A stretch of 64,000 bases of DNA from an uncultured virus (IMG/VR IMGVR_UViG_3300021399_004696) (lineage: Duplodnaviria; Heunggongvirae; Uroviricota; Caudoviricetes). Location: IMG/VR virus record IMGVR_UViG_3300021399_004696. One strand, 5' to 3'. The position numbers and the translations under genes were made by a program. Shown here piece by piece: positions 1 to 8,769 of the stretch. Every line of letters starts with the position of its first letter. Position 1 is the first letter of the stretch. The notes beneath the pieces are model-generated. The model had not been told where the DNA came from, searched no databases, and saw nothing but the letters and a program-made list of their open reading frames with translations.

Positions 1-6
1 AAGAAA

Positions 7-243
7 ATGAGGAAGCATAATGTCGATGAAATTCATCTGTCTGTAGATAAGGTTGAGATAGTTAATGATACGGTTATCATTAGCTGGAGCTCGGATATTG
101 GATTCGGCGAGTACGAAATCTGTTGGTCTGAGGAAGCACAGGAATGGTGTGCATACACAGAATGTATGGATAGGGACGACGATAAGGCGTTCGGAGCCAA
201 ACTTTTGGCACTGTGGATGGAGCAGATAAAGATAAGGGATTGA
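7..243 (+). CDS. hypothetical protein
   Basis: 78-aa ORF co-oriented with neighbours, ends just before the tRNA array. Confidence 0.6.
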   Translation: MRKHNVDEIHLSVDKVEIVNDTVIISWSSDIGFGEYEICWSEEAQEWCAYTECMDRDDDKAFGAKLLALWMEQIKIRD

Positions 244-250
244 TCAAGAC

Positions 251-325
251 GGCCGTGTAGTGTAAACGGTAGCACAGCAGACTTTGACTCTGTTAATGTG
301 GGTTCGATCCCCGCCACGGCTGCCA
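251..325 (+). tRNA. tRNA-Gln(TTG)
   Basis: GGCCGTG/CACGGCT acceptor stem, anticodon arm GCAGA-CTTTGAC-TCTGT, GGTTCGATCC T-loop, encoded CCA. Confidence 0.9.
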
Positions 326-348
326 CATAGCAAATAATTTTTGAATAA

Positions 349-425
349 GCGCCCGTAGCTCAGACGGTAGCAGCACTTGACTTTTAATCAAGGGGTCATG
401 GGTTCGAATCCCATCGGGCGTACCA
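349..425 (+). tRNA. tRNA-Lys(TTT)
   Basis: GCGCCCG/CGGGCGT stem, CTTGA-CTTTTAA-TCAAG anticodon arm, GGTTCGAATCC, CCA. Confidence 0.95.
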
Positions 426-492
426 ATATGAAGAATCTTGGCAAATCTGAAGTTGTACTTTGGATCAGTCAAATATACTGGAGAATGTTGAA

Positions 493-792
493 ATGAAAAA
501 ACTGCTGATCTTAGCTACTATGCTGTTTATGGTACTTGCTACTTTACTGGGCATTTGGTGCTATCGTGAATATAGGGCTGAGGAGAATGCCAAGGGCATT
601 TGCATCAGTTATCGTGATCTTGATGTAGGGAGTACGTACGGGTTAGATGTTACATTCTATTCAGACGAAGAGCAGGTCGTAGGAACAGGGTATGTAGAAT
701 TTCAGCCTGAGACAAAAGATTCATCTTGTTGCTTGATAGACTGCGATGTTCCTGAAGGAGCCACACACGCATCTTTCAATATAGTAGAGTAA
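493..792 (+). CDS. membrane-anchored hypothetical protein inside the tRNA array
   Basis: MKK followed by a hydrophobic N-terminal segment. Confidence 0.6.
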   Translation: MKKLLILATMLFMVLATLLGIWCYREYRAEENAKGICISYRDLDVGSTYGLDVTFYSDEEQVVGTGYVEFQPETKDSSCCLIDCDVPEGATHASFNIVE

Positions 793-808
793 ATAGGTTT
801 TATAATAT

Positions 809-882
809 TGCGAGGAGGGTCTGGTTCCCAAGAAGCTCTCATAAGGCTTCCTATCCGAGTTCAAGTCTCGGCTTCGCAACCA
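809..882 (+). tRNA. tRNA with CAT anticodon (Met or Ile2), atypical D-arm
   Basis: TGCGAGG/CTTCGCA stem, GAAGCT-CTCATAA-GGCTTC anticodon arm, GTTCAAGTC T-loop, CCA. Confidence 0.75.
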
Positions 883-887
883 CATAC

Positions 888-978
888 GACGGGGTGGCGG
901 AGTCCGGTCTAACGCGCCGGTCTTGAAAACCGGAGGCCTCGCAAGGGTCCGTGGGTTCGAATCCCACCCCCGTCGCCA
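888..978 (+). tRNA. tRNA-Ser(TGA)
   Basis: GACGGGG/CCCCGTC stem, CCGGT-CTTGAAA-ACCGG, long variable arm, G73, CCA. Confidence 0.95.
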
Positions 979-982
979 TTAT

Positions 983-1058
983 GCTTCCATAGCTCAGTAG
1001 GCAGAGTGCATCCATGGTAAGGATGAGGTCGTCGGTTCGATCCCGACTGGAAGCTCCA
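983..1058 (+). tRNA. tRNA-Thr(GGT)
   Basis: GCTTCCA/TGGAAGC stem, CATCC-ATGGTAA-GGATG, CCA. Confidence 0.93.
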
Positions 1059-1063
1059 ATTAT

Positions 1064-1138
1064 AGCCCGATCGTATAACGGCTAGTATAGCGGTCTCTGG
1101 AACCGCGGATGAAGGTTCGATTCCTTCTCGGGCTGCCA
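1064..1138 (+). tRNA. tRNA-Gln(CTG)
   Basis: AGCCCGA/TCGGGCT stem, GCGGT-CTCTGGA-ACCGC, CCA. Confidence 0.9.
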
Positions 1139-1150
1139 AACTTTTACTAT

Positions 1151-1241
1151 GCCGTGGTACCTTAGTGGGGAGGAGGCGCGGTTTCGAAAACCGTCGGTCG
1201 TGAATAACGATCTGTGAGTTCAAATCTCACCCACGGCGCCA
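1151..1241 (+). tRNA. tRNA-Ser(CGA)
   Basis: GCCGTGG/CCACGGC stem, GCGGT-TTCGAAA-ACCGT, long variable arm, CCA. Confidence 0.88.
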
Positions 1242-1274
1242 GGAATATGAAAGACTATTTAATTGTATAGAAAT

Positions 1275-1363
1275 GTCGTCATGGGGTAATGGTAGCCCAA
1301 GAGCCTGCTAAGCTCTCCAACCCATTACGGGTTGTCCGAGTTCGAGTCTCGGTGGCGACGCCA
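1275..1363 (+). tRNA. tRNA-Ser(GCT)
   Basis: GTCGTCA/TGGCGAC stem, AGAGC-CTGCTAA-GCTCT, long variable arm, CCA. Confidence 0.9.
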
Positions 1364-1369
1364 GATCTG

Positions 1370-1398
1370 AAAGCACTCTCTTCGGAGGGTGTTTTTGT
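1370..1398 (+). terminator. intrinsic terminator after the tRNA array
   Basis: AAAGCACTCTC-TTCG-GAGGGTGTTT hairpin with T-run. Confidence 0.8.
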
Positions 1399-1430
1399 TA
1401 TGTTGCAAAGAAAAAGCGGTGGTCGTAATG

Positions 1431-1461
1431 CCGGGCTTTTTTAGGAGCTGCTGAGTAATAT
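1431..1461 (+). promoter_or_regulatory. CCGGG-N20 promoter
   Basis: CCGGG 1431, TAATAT 1456. Confidence 0.7.
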
Positions 1462-1493
1462 GAAGACATAATACAGAAAAAGGAGTGTTTATC

Positions 1494-2231
1494 ATGCACA
1501 ATTTTAAGAAAGTTATCGGAATGTCGGTTTTAGCAAGTATTTTGCTTATGGGCTGCAGTGCAACCGAACCTACAGCTTCATTGGCGCCAACAGACTCTTC
1601 TGCTGGGGTAGAAGGGACAGCAATCGAGACAAGCGCAGTAGCAGAGACTACAGGGGTAGAGAACGTATCTGACTTGTCAGGTTATACCTTAGATGAAGGG
1701 TTTATGCCGTTCAGCTCAATTACTATTAACGGGACTGAGTACGCGTTCCCTGCAGCTTACAGCACGCTGGCAGAAGTTTTTCCTCTTAACGCCGAAATTA
1801 TGGGTGAATTTGCTCCTAACGGGTTGTACCCCGGAATGGAAGTAGCGTCTTATGTAACGTCTGATGACGGAGCAACACCGATCTATCCCGGTATTACGAT
1901 CTCTGTCGGAAATTATTATCAGGATATGTCCGGCGGCGACACTATCGCTATAGAGGATGGTCTGGTAAGGCATATTATCATTAATACGTGGGGAGACGAG
2001 GGTACCGATTTCGAGATCATCATTCCAGGCGGCGGAAGCTTGGGCATGTCAGTTGATGAGATCGTAGAGCTTTACGGCGAGCCTTCTGAGGATAATATCC
2101 ACGATTACGAAGAGGGCGGTTGTGTATATTGTTATCCCGTATATTCCGAAGCTGACGAGAATCGTGCGATTTTTACTACTTTTACGTTCTTGAACGATCA
2201 GGTCGTAGGCATTGATCTTGAGTGGGTTTAA
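1494..2231 (+). CDS. lipoprotein, paralog of 5360..6064
   Basis: Lipobox LLMGC; shares PGGGxLGMS..EIVxLYGE and VVGIDLEW with 5360..6064. Confidence 0.75.
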   Translation: MHNFKKVIGMSVLASILLMGCSATEPTASLAPTDSSAGVEGTAIETSAVAETTGVENVSDLSGYTLDEGFMPFSSITINGTEYAFPAAYSTLAEVFPLNAEIMGEFAPNGLYPGMEVASYVTSDDGATPIYPGITISVGNYYQDMSGGDTIAIEDGLVRHIIINTWGDEGTDFEIIIPGGGSLGMSVDEIVELYGEPSEDNIHDYEEGGCVYCYPVYSEADENRAIFTTFTFLNDQVVGIDLEWV

Positions 2232-3465
2232 CATTCAGATACCGACCACTGTTCGAAGTGCTATGACGGCGTTAAAGAAGCAGGGGTATCAGGTATACGT
2301 GGTAGGTGGTGCAGTCAGGGATTGCGTTTTAGGTAAAGAGCCCCATGACTGGGACCTTGCTACTAATGCTGAGCCCGAACTTGTTAAAGAATGTTTTTCT
2401 AAAACCATTGACACAGGGTTAAAGCATGGTACGGTTACAGCGGTTATTGACGAATCACTTATTGAGATCACTACCTTCAGGACTGAAGGTAAATATTCAG
2501 ACGGCAGACATCCTGATTATGTTCGTTTTGTCGGAGATATTAAAGACGATCTGTTCAGGAGAGATTTTACTATCAACGCAATGGCTATTGATTATCAAGG
2601 GCGAATTGTCGACCCGTACGGAGGTCTGACCGACATTGAAGCAAAAAGGATTCGTTGTGTAGGCAATCCTCACGATCGATTTAGGGAAGATGCGCTTCGT
2701 ATGTTGAGAGCGCTAAGATTTGAGTCGACTTTGGGCTTTTCTCTTGACGATTCGGTAAAGGCAGCGATCAAACAGGATTTATCGCTTCTCAGTGCTACCG
2801 TATCTAAGGAAAGAGTCAGGGAAGAGCTTTGTAAGATGATCAAGGCTCCTAAGGCTTCGACCGGGTATAAAGATGCTGCCGAGCTTGGCGTGTTAAGCGA
2901 AATACATCCGATACTGGGGCGTTTGAGCAGCAATAGCCCGTGCCTGAAATATTTGGATGAAGCTCCCGAGGATCTTCAGATCCGTTGGGCAATACTTTTA
3001 CAAGAGCTTTGTTTTGCATATTCGGCTAAGGACGTACTGGCCTGCCTGCGTTTTTCATATGAAGATATGCACGGAGTTTGTGAATATATAAAATATTGCG
3101 ATTGTGTTGACATGTCTCTAAAAGAGGCCCGAAGATTTGCAGCTGACCACAACAAAGATTTTCTGCGCGGGCTGGCAGTCACACAAAGAGCTCACGGGCT
3201 TGTAACTACCCCCGGATATTGCAGTCAGGCTGTCGCAAAAGCTTGGGCGGCGATAAAAGACCACACAGCCATTAAGATGAAAGACCTGCTCATTGACGGG
3301 AATGACCTGATACAAATGGGTTATCAGGGCAAAGAAGTAGGGGATATGCTGAAGGATCTGTATGACGATTGTCTTGAAGAGCCTTCACACAATGAAAGAG
3401 AGTATCTGCTTTCTGTCGCAGAGGCGTGCCGTAAAAGGCCGGCAGAGCCTGACAGAACTTTATAA
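2212..3465 (+). CDS. cca: class II tRNA nucleotidyltransferase (CCA-adding enzyme family)
   Basis: VGGAVRD, DWDLAT, RRDFTINAM, DPYGG, EDALRMLRALRF motifs; start uncertain; ends in DRTL. Confidence 0.9.
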   Translation: MILSGFNIQIPTTVRSAMTALKKQGYQVYVVGGAVRDCVLGKEPHDWDLATNAEPELVKECFSKTIDTGLKHGTVTAVIDESLIEITTFRTEGKYSDGRHPDYVRFVGDIKDDLFRRDFTINAMAIDYQGRIVDPYGGLTDIEAKRIRCVGNPHDRFREDALRMLRALRFESTLGFSLDDSVKAAIKQDLSLLSATVSKERVREELCKMIKAPKASTGYKDAAELGVLSEIHPILGRLSSNSPCLKYLDEAPEDLQIRWAILLQELCFAYSAKDVLACLRFSYEDMHGVCEYIKYCDCVDMSLKEARRFAADHNKDFLRGLAVTQRAHGLVTTPGYCSQAVAKAWAAIKDHTAIKMKDLLIDGNDLIQMGYQGKEVGDMLKDLYDDCLEEPSHNEREYLLSVAEACRKRPAEPDRTL

Positions 3466-3574
3466 GATCGCAATCAAGCGACCTTTTTACCATGATCTCG
3501 TGTACCATGTGTACAAGGAGTTTTCGAAGACGTTCGGAGTAATCCGGGCGTCTTTTGTTGTTTTGTTTACTATT

Positions 3575-3605
3575 CCGGGCTATTTGTTTTGTTTATCAGT
3601 ACAGT
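3575..3605 (+). promoter_or_regulatory. CCGGG-N20 promoter
   Basis: CCGGG 3575, TACAGT 3600. Confidence 0.65.
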
Positions 3606-3638
3606 TAACTGTAAATAAAGATACAAGGAGGGGCAATC

Positions 3639-4292
3639 GTGCTTCGGCTACCCGATTTCAGCTACAATATTTTTGAACAGACGTTTGATCAGTTTAAATC
3701 GACGGTGAAAGATAAGTATCAGGAAGAGTTTGATCGTTGGCTGGGCCTCCGACGTGATATAACGGAGTATATCGTCTTTTTTATTGTCAGCATCATAATA
3801 CTTCTGCCGATGCTTGCTTTATTTGCTCTTATCAATCATTTTGTCCTGGGCGTGCTTGCTGTTGTCGGGTGTGTATTAGGGGTATGCATTAGTTGGAAGG
3901 TAATGCTTTATGCAGAACGCCGGTTGAAGACAACAGTGGAATGCATCAAAAACGAGTTTTCCTGGTTTTCTTCTGTAGGATACTGGACAGACGTATCTGC
4001 AGATAAGATCTTTAGTTGGATGACAGGTAAAAAAGATCCGGAGCAGTTCAGAAATTATCTTAATAAGGCCCAATCAGAGTTAACAGTAATTGAAAAATTG
4101 AAGGATTGTCCTTGTAACAAATATTATCAGGGTGGAGCAGTAATTGTAGATCAGAGGGTCCTTTTTGAAAACGCGCCTTTGTTAATGAATGTTAACAGTT
4201 CAGATAAGGTCTACGAATGTTCAGCGGAGTATAGCCGTGCGATGAACTATATGAAGGAATATATAACAAACATAAGTTTGTTAGCGAGTTAA
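3639..4292 (+). CDS. membrane protein (two TM segments)
   Basis: GTG start after AGGAGG; two hydrophobic helices. Confidence 0.65.
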   Translation: MLRLPDFSYNIFEQTFDQFKSTVKDKYQEEFDRWLGLRRDITEYIVFFIVSIIILLPMLALFALINHFVLGVLAVVGCVLGVCISWKVMLYAERRLKTTVECIKNEFSWFSSVGYWTDVSADKIFSWMTGKKDPEQFRNYLNKAQSELTVIEKLKDCPCNKYYQGGAVIVDQRVLFENAPLLMNVNSSDKVYECSAEYSRAMNYMKEYITNISLLAS

Positions 4293-4318
4293 AAAGAAAA
4301 CAGCGGGTGGCAGGGATT

Positions 4319-4750
4319 ATGAAAAAGATAAAAGATGAAGAGTTGATTGATTGGTTTCGCGATAACTATATCTGCAATCACGAGATTCCGGAAGAACTTC
4401 GATCTAACATTGAAGAGCTGGTGGTCAGATTTTGTATCACACAAGATGTTCTTGCAGATCAGCGTGAAATGATGGAGGAGATGAAGAGCGAGCATTATAA
4501 AGATGCAGAACTTGCCAGGGTAGGGAAGGAGAATCGCAGATTGCGAGAAGAAACCCGTAACAACTTTGGCATATCTGATGTTCAGAAGAAAGAGATCGAA
4601 GACTGGGTTGAAAAACATGCAAAGGAGTGCCCCGATAAGGAGGGGAAATTTTTGACCTATCAGCTTACTCCGATCGGCCCGCACGTATGCTGTTTTGTAA
4701 AAGTCATCTGTTCTTGCGGAGCCAGACATCAGATCGCTCACATAAAGTAA
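4319..4750 (+). CDS. hypothetical protein with C-terminal CxC
   Basis: ORF with a coiled-coil segment and TPIG...CSCG ending. Confidence 0.65.
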   Translation: MKKIKDEELIDWFRDNYICNHEIPEELRSNIEELVVRFCITQDVLADQREMMEEMKSEHYKDAELARVGKENRRLREETRNNFGISDVQKKEIEDWVEKHAKECPDKEGKFLTYQLTPIGPHVCCFVKVICSCGARHQIAHIK

Positions 4751-4800
4751 CACAGGGTTTTGTATAATACCGGGCTTTTGAAAGACTCAGCGATTATAAT
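4747..4800 (+). promoter_or_regulatory. GTAACAC box plus CCGGG-N20-TATAAT promoter upstream of tRNA-fMet
   Basis: GTAACAC 4747, CCGGG 4770, TATAAT 4795; tRNA starts at 4813. Confidence 0.8.
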
Positions 4801-4812
4801 AGTAATAGACAC

Positions 4813-4889
4813 CGCGGAGAGGTGCTAATGGTGGCATTCCGGGCTCATAACCCGCGAGGTTGCAGGTTCGAATCCTGCCTCCGCAACCA
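4813..4889 (+). tRNA. initiator tRNA-fMet(CAT)
   Basis: C1:A72 mismatch, GGG/CCC anticodon stem with CTCATAA loop, GGTTCGAATCC, CCA. Confidence 0.9.
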
Positions 4890-4890
4890 A

Positions 4891-5108
4891 GTGCTTTGTA
4901 CGGAAGGTTTCGTCACCCGTACATAAAAACCTGAGGACAAGGTCTTAAGTAAAACGAAACTGCTTAAGAATATTGTGGGGCTGATCGTCCAGGTGTGGCC
5001 TATTCTCCGAGGAGATATAAAGCCCGTGCTTACATTCCGCCACATCCTTATAAGACTTCGTACTGATTTTCCCCACCTCTAGCAGGACAGTGCGAAGTCT
5101 TATTTTTG
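4891..5108 (+). ncRNA. candidate structured RNA downstream of tRNA-fMet
   Basis: Four hairpins, loop-loop complementarity GTTTCGT/ACGAAAC, terminal 16-bp hairpin with T-run. Confidence 0.45.
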
Positions 5109-5119
5109 TTTATTGATTA

Positions 5120-5150
5120 CCGGGAGTTTTGAAAATTTTTGTGCTTTAGT
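5120..5150 (+). promoter_or_regulatory. CCGGG-N20 promoter (weak -10)
   Basis: CCGGG 5120, TTTAGT 5145. Confidence 0.5.
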
Positions 5151-5156
5151 AAAGGT

Positions 5157-5363
5157 ATGAGTATAGATTGGCGAAATGTCAAGTTGTCAAGCGCGGATTA
5201 TGGCAGGCTTCGTTCATCCTTGGGGAAGCCAGATGAATCGGCGCTTCAAATAAGAGATAAAGTGATGGCTGAATTTGATGCTAACGTTACGACTGTAAGC
5301 AGGGAAGACGGAAGTATTGAATTAACTGTTACAGATGATTATATAGGAGGTTTTAGTAAGTGA
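5157..5363 (+). CDS. hypothetical protein, possibly leaderless
   Basis: ATG 6 nt after the -10 box; stop overlaps the next start. Confidence 0.55.
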   Translation: MSIDWRNVKLSSADYGRLRSSLGKPDESALQIRDKVMAEFDANVTTVSREDGSIELTVTDDYIGGFSK

Positions 5364-6064
5364 AAAAGGAAATTGCGTGTTTGCTGGCTTTCAGTGTTAT
5401 TTTCGGTATCGCAGCTTGCAGTAAGGATACGGAAGAGACGACAGGAGCGCCCGAGATCGTTACCGGCTATGAGGCAATCGAGGAAAGTGAAACAACGGCT
5501 ACGGAGTTAGAATCTTTGCCGACTTCTCCCTATTTAGATCTGATGGACAGTGAACAGCTTACCTATAACGGGGAACTTTACAGTATCCCCGCACCTTATC
5601 AGGCACTTCAGGATCTGCTTCCTTTAAGTGATGCGGATGCAGCAAGTTTTTTAACTTCAGAATTGAATGTAAATGAAGAATATATGATAACAGTTTTGTC
5701 TGATCACGATCCTGAAGAGTATCCGATGGTCATGTTTACTGTAGGCAACTATACTGCCGGTACACTTGACGAAGGGCCTGTTGCTTTTATGGATGCACCT
5801 GTAAGGCATTTGGTTATAGAGCAGGGCGGTGTTGAAGCAACGGATTTTGATTTTCAGGCGCCCGGTGGCGGAGCTCTCGGCATGAGTTCTGACGAGATAG
5901 TCATGCTTTACGGTGAAGTTGACGGGGAAAATTATGTAGAGTTTGAAAACGGCGGATATCAGTATACGTATTGTACGTATTCAACAGATGGAATCCACGC
6001 CGTTTATAAGACATTCAGTTTTTATAACGACGTAGTAGTCGGGATCGATCTGGAGTGGTGCTAA
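5360..6064 (+). CDS. lipoprotein, paralog of 1494..2231
   Basis: Lipobox IAAC; shared C-terminal domain ending VVGIDLEWC. Confidence 0.75.
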   Translation: MKKEIACLLAFSVIFGIAACSKDTEETTGAPEIVTGYEAIEESETTATELESLPTSPYLDLMDSEQLTYNGELYSIPAPYQALQDLLPLSDADAASFLTSELNVNEEYMITVLSDHDPEEYPMVMFTVGNYTAGTLDEGPVAFMDAPVRHLVIEQGGVEATDFDFQAPGGGALGMSSDEIVMLYGEVDGENYVEFENGGYQYTYCTYSTDGIHAVYKTFSFYNDVVVGIDLEWC

Positions 6065-6370
6065 ATGAATAAGACAGTCACAGTAAAAGCAATAAAAGAC
6101 GATGATAAGATAGAGCCGGCAACCCCTTGGATCTATTTACACGGTGCAATAGAAAAGGAGAACGGTTTTGATCTGGTATACATACCCGATAAGCCCGATA
6201 AAGACGGTGTGTATGAGGCTAACATCTTAGTAAACGATGACAGCGTCGCAGGTGTACTGTTCTACTGGAAAGCCGGAAAGATAGATCGCGGGCTTGTGGT
6301 AAAGAAGGGGGACAAAGAGTTTTTAAACGATGCTTTGGCAAAGTTTAATAAGAGAACACCATATCTATAA
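6065..6370 (+). CDS. hypothetical protein
   Basis: Abuts both neighbours. Confidence 0.65.
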   Translation: MNKTVTVKAIKDDDKIEPATPWIYLHGAIEKENGFDLVYIPDKPDKDGVYEANILVNDDSVAGVLFYWKAGKIDRGLVVKKGDKEFLNDALAKFNKRTPYL

Positions 6371-6385
6371 GTGGGAGGAAGGCAT

Positions 6386-6985
6386 ATGAGCTATTATTAT
6401 TCTTATTATCTTGGATATAAAGACAATAAAGGGAAAATCATACCTCTGGGGCCTTATGATAACGAAGGCAAATTGAAGGCTGTGATCGAAAGATCCCGTA
6501 GCTTTGCATCGGATCTTCATGAGGACTTCAGAGAAGTTCAGAGAAAAGAGGTTTCAGAGCAGTTCAGAAAAGAGTTTGAATATACTGACTGGGACGGGAA
6601 GAAAACCCTTGCTATGGTTGGGGTTTTACCCGTAAAGGAGCTGCCTTCCGGCAGTTATATCAAGAAGGGGTACTTTTTGATATCTGATGTTCAGGCTTAC
6701 GAAAAGGACCATGATACTTGGGATCTTTTTTATGATCGCTTGACTCCCGAAGTGTATGCGCAGATGGTTCAAAACGAACTTACTTTCGGGCCTCCTAAGA
6801 AAGAAGTAGATTGTGAAGGCGAAGATATCACGCCTCACAGCGCCAGGGATTATATGTATTATGCGTATCCCGATTATAGCAGCAGAGAATATGAAGCGTC
6901 TTTTATACGTGATGTGGCATATTTGTATTTGGATTACAGCAAGGTCAACGAAGACAACCTTTATGTCATAAAGACAGAGGGGTAA
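6386..6985 (+). CDS. hypothetical protein
   Basis: GGAGGAAGG SD, 199-aa ORF. Confidence 0.7.
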   Translation: MSYYYSYYLGYKDNKGKIIPLGPYDNEGKLKAVIERSRSFASDLHEDFREVQRKEVSEQFRKEFEYTDWDGKKTLAMVGVLPVKELPSGSYIKKGYFLISDVQAYEKDHDTWDLFYDRLTPEVYAQMVQNELTFGPPKKEVDCEGEDITPHSARDYMYYAYPDYSSREYEASFIRDVAYLYLDYSKVNEDNLYVIKTEG

Positions 6986-7015
6986 AAAATAAGAACAACG
7001 TCGAAAGGAGAAACA

Positions 7016-7195
7016 ATGAAGAAAGCAGACGTTAACACAATGTACACTAAAGAGGAAAAGATCGGTATTGTAAGGGAGTATTTGATGTCGGATACCAGCC
7101 TTGGCGAGTTGTCCAGAAATTATAATATCCCCAAGAATACGATCCTTAGCTGGGTTACTAAGTTTAGGGCTTTCGTTAAGACAGAAAACGCTTAA
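7016..7195 (+). CDS. small helix-turn-helix protein (not in the ORF track)
   Basis: AAGGAG SD; MKKADVNTMYTKEEKIGIVREYLMSDTSLGELSRNYNIPKNTILSWVTKF resembles a transposase-type HTH. Confidence 0.65.
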   Translation: MKKADVNTMYTKEEKIGIVREYLMSDTSLGELSRNYNIPKNTILSWVTKFRAFVKTENA

Positions 7196-7225
7196 AAATC
7201 CGGCTTATAAACAGAAAGGAGCAAC

Positions 7226-7723
7226 ATGCGCAACCCTAACGTTAATAAATATAACAAGGGGCTTTATTCAGTAAGGACATTAAAGCCTGATGCAGATCCT
7301 GTTTGTTTGCCAAACGCAAAGACAGACTATTTAAAGATGAGTAAAAAGCGCAGGGCTCAACTGGAAAGTCAAAAGAGGCGATTTGGATTTACTGATACCG
7401 AAACGTGGGAGCTGGATTATACAGCTTCCGTTTGGCTCTATTCCCATATCAAGATGATGCTCGATATCGGCGGTAAGATCGTTAATTATGAGTGGGAGGG
7501 CGGATGGTCAGATGATCTGAGAAAAGATCTTCAGGATGTAGGGGTTGATACAGAGATATATCATAATGACAAACTTGTGTTCGGTTATATATGTGAACTT
7601 TTGGAAAAGGCTGATAAAATGTTCGCCACATCTGCAGATATACAGGAGGATGTAACGGCAACAGAACTTCGTGTAAAAGCCTTCAAAATTTTTGCAGTAA
7701 TGTTGCCGAGGGCTTGGTGGTAA
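7226..7723 (+). CDS. hypothetical protein
   Basis: AAGGAG SD; RFGFTDTETWELD...WW ending seen in phage orphans. Confidence 0.7.
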   Translation: MRNPNVNKYNKGLYSVRTLKPDADPVCLPNAKTDYLKMSKKRRAQLESQKRRFGFTDTETWELDYTASVWLYSHIKMMLDIGGKIVNYEWEGGWSDDLRKDLQDVGVDTEIYHNDKLVFGYICELLEKADKMFATSADIQEDVTATELRVKAFKIFAVMLPRAWW

Positions 7724-7779
7724 TATTGCCCTGAAAGAAGGGTAGATGTTATTATAAAAACACAGAAAAGGAGCAGATT

Positions 7780-8769
7780 ATGTACAGATCAATAGACTTA
7801 TTTGCGGGTATTGGCGGTATCCGCAAAGGTTTTGATAATGCTTTTGGGAAAGACATCAAAACCGTTTTTGTCAGTGAATGGGATGAACACGCCCAGAAAA
7901 CATATAAACTGAACTATCAAGATGACTTTGATATAGCAGGGGATATAACCAAGATCTCAGCAGACGAAGTCCCTGAGTTTGATATCTGTCTGGCCGGATT
8001 TCCATGTCAGGCGTTCTCGATGGCGGGGTCGCATATGGGGTTCAACGATAATTTTAAAGGCATGACCCGAGGTACCTTATTCAGGGAAGTTGTCCGGATA
8101 TGTGAACAACACAAGCCGAAAGTGATCTTTTGTGAGAACGTTAAGGGGCTGGTACACCACGATAAGGGCAGAACATTCAAAGTTATCAAAGGAGCTTTTG
8201 AAGAGATAGGTTATACCCTTTTTTGTAAGATCCTGAACAGCAAGGATTTTGGGGTGCCTCAGAACCGTGAGCGTATATACATGGTCGCGTTTAGAAACGA
8301 TCTGGGCATAAATGATTTTCATTTCCCTGAAGGTAGCCATAAAAATGTTTGTATCAGAGATATCCTTGAAGAGGCTCCGATCGACCCGAAGTATTATCTG
8401 TCTGATGTATATGTGGAAACATTGAAAAAGCATCGCGCAAGACATGAGGCTGCCGGACATGGTTTCGGGTATGTTATCCGCGATCTTGATGATATTGCCG
8501 GAACGATTGTTTGTGGTGGTATGGGTCGTGAAGGTAATCTTATCATAGACCATCGTGAACATAGCATGATTCCTACAACGCACATCAAAGGCGAGATCAA
8601 TAAAGAAGATATCAGGAAGATGACACCGAGAGAATGGGCCAGACTTCAGGGTTTTCCTGACGATTTTAAGATCGAACTTGCAGATACTCACATGTATAAG
8701 CAGTTTGGTAACAGCGTAACGGTCAATGTTATCGAGGCCATAGCAAAAGAGATAAAGAAAGTCTTATGA
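7780..8769 (+). CDS. C5-cytosine DNA methyltransferase, M.HpaII-like (predicted CCGG)
   Basis: FAGIGG, GFPCQ, ENV, QNRER, YKQFGNSV; variable region HGFGY...GGMGRE...PTTHIKGEIN...RKMTPREWARLQGFP resembles M.HpaII as recalled. Confidence 0.9.
   Translation: MYRSIDLFAGIGGIRKGFDNAFGKDIKTVFVSEWDEHAQKTYKLNYQDDFDIAGDITKISADEVPEFDICLAGFPCQAFSMAGSHMGFNDNFKGMTRGTLFREVVRICEQHKPKVIFCENVKGLVHHDKGRTFKVIKGAFEEIGYTLFCKILNSKDFGVPQNRERIYMVAFRNDLGINDFHFPEGSHKNVCIRDILEEAPIDPKYYLSDVYVETLKKHRARHEAAGHGFGYVIRDLDDIAGTIVCGGMGREGNLIIDHREHSMIPTTHIKGEINKEDIRKMTPREWARLQGFPDDFKIELADTHMYKQFGNSVTVNVIEAIAKEIKKVL

Noticed and set aside
33..1223. Minus-strand ORFs 33..326 and 909..1223 (also 4845..5045)
   Set aside because: They are antisense translations of tRNA genes.
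4930..4962. Hammerhead-like words CTGAGGA...CGAAAC
   Set aside because: The core is not CTGANGA-stem-GAAA with the required flanking helices; GAAAC lies in another hairpin loop.
7016..7195. Possible IS3-family remnant
   Set aside because: Only an HTH with its own SD; no DDE ORF or terminal inverted repeats seen.
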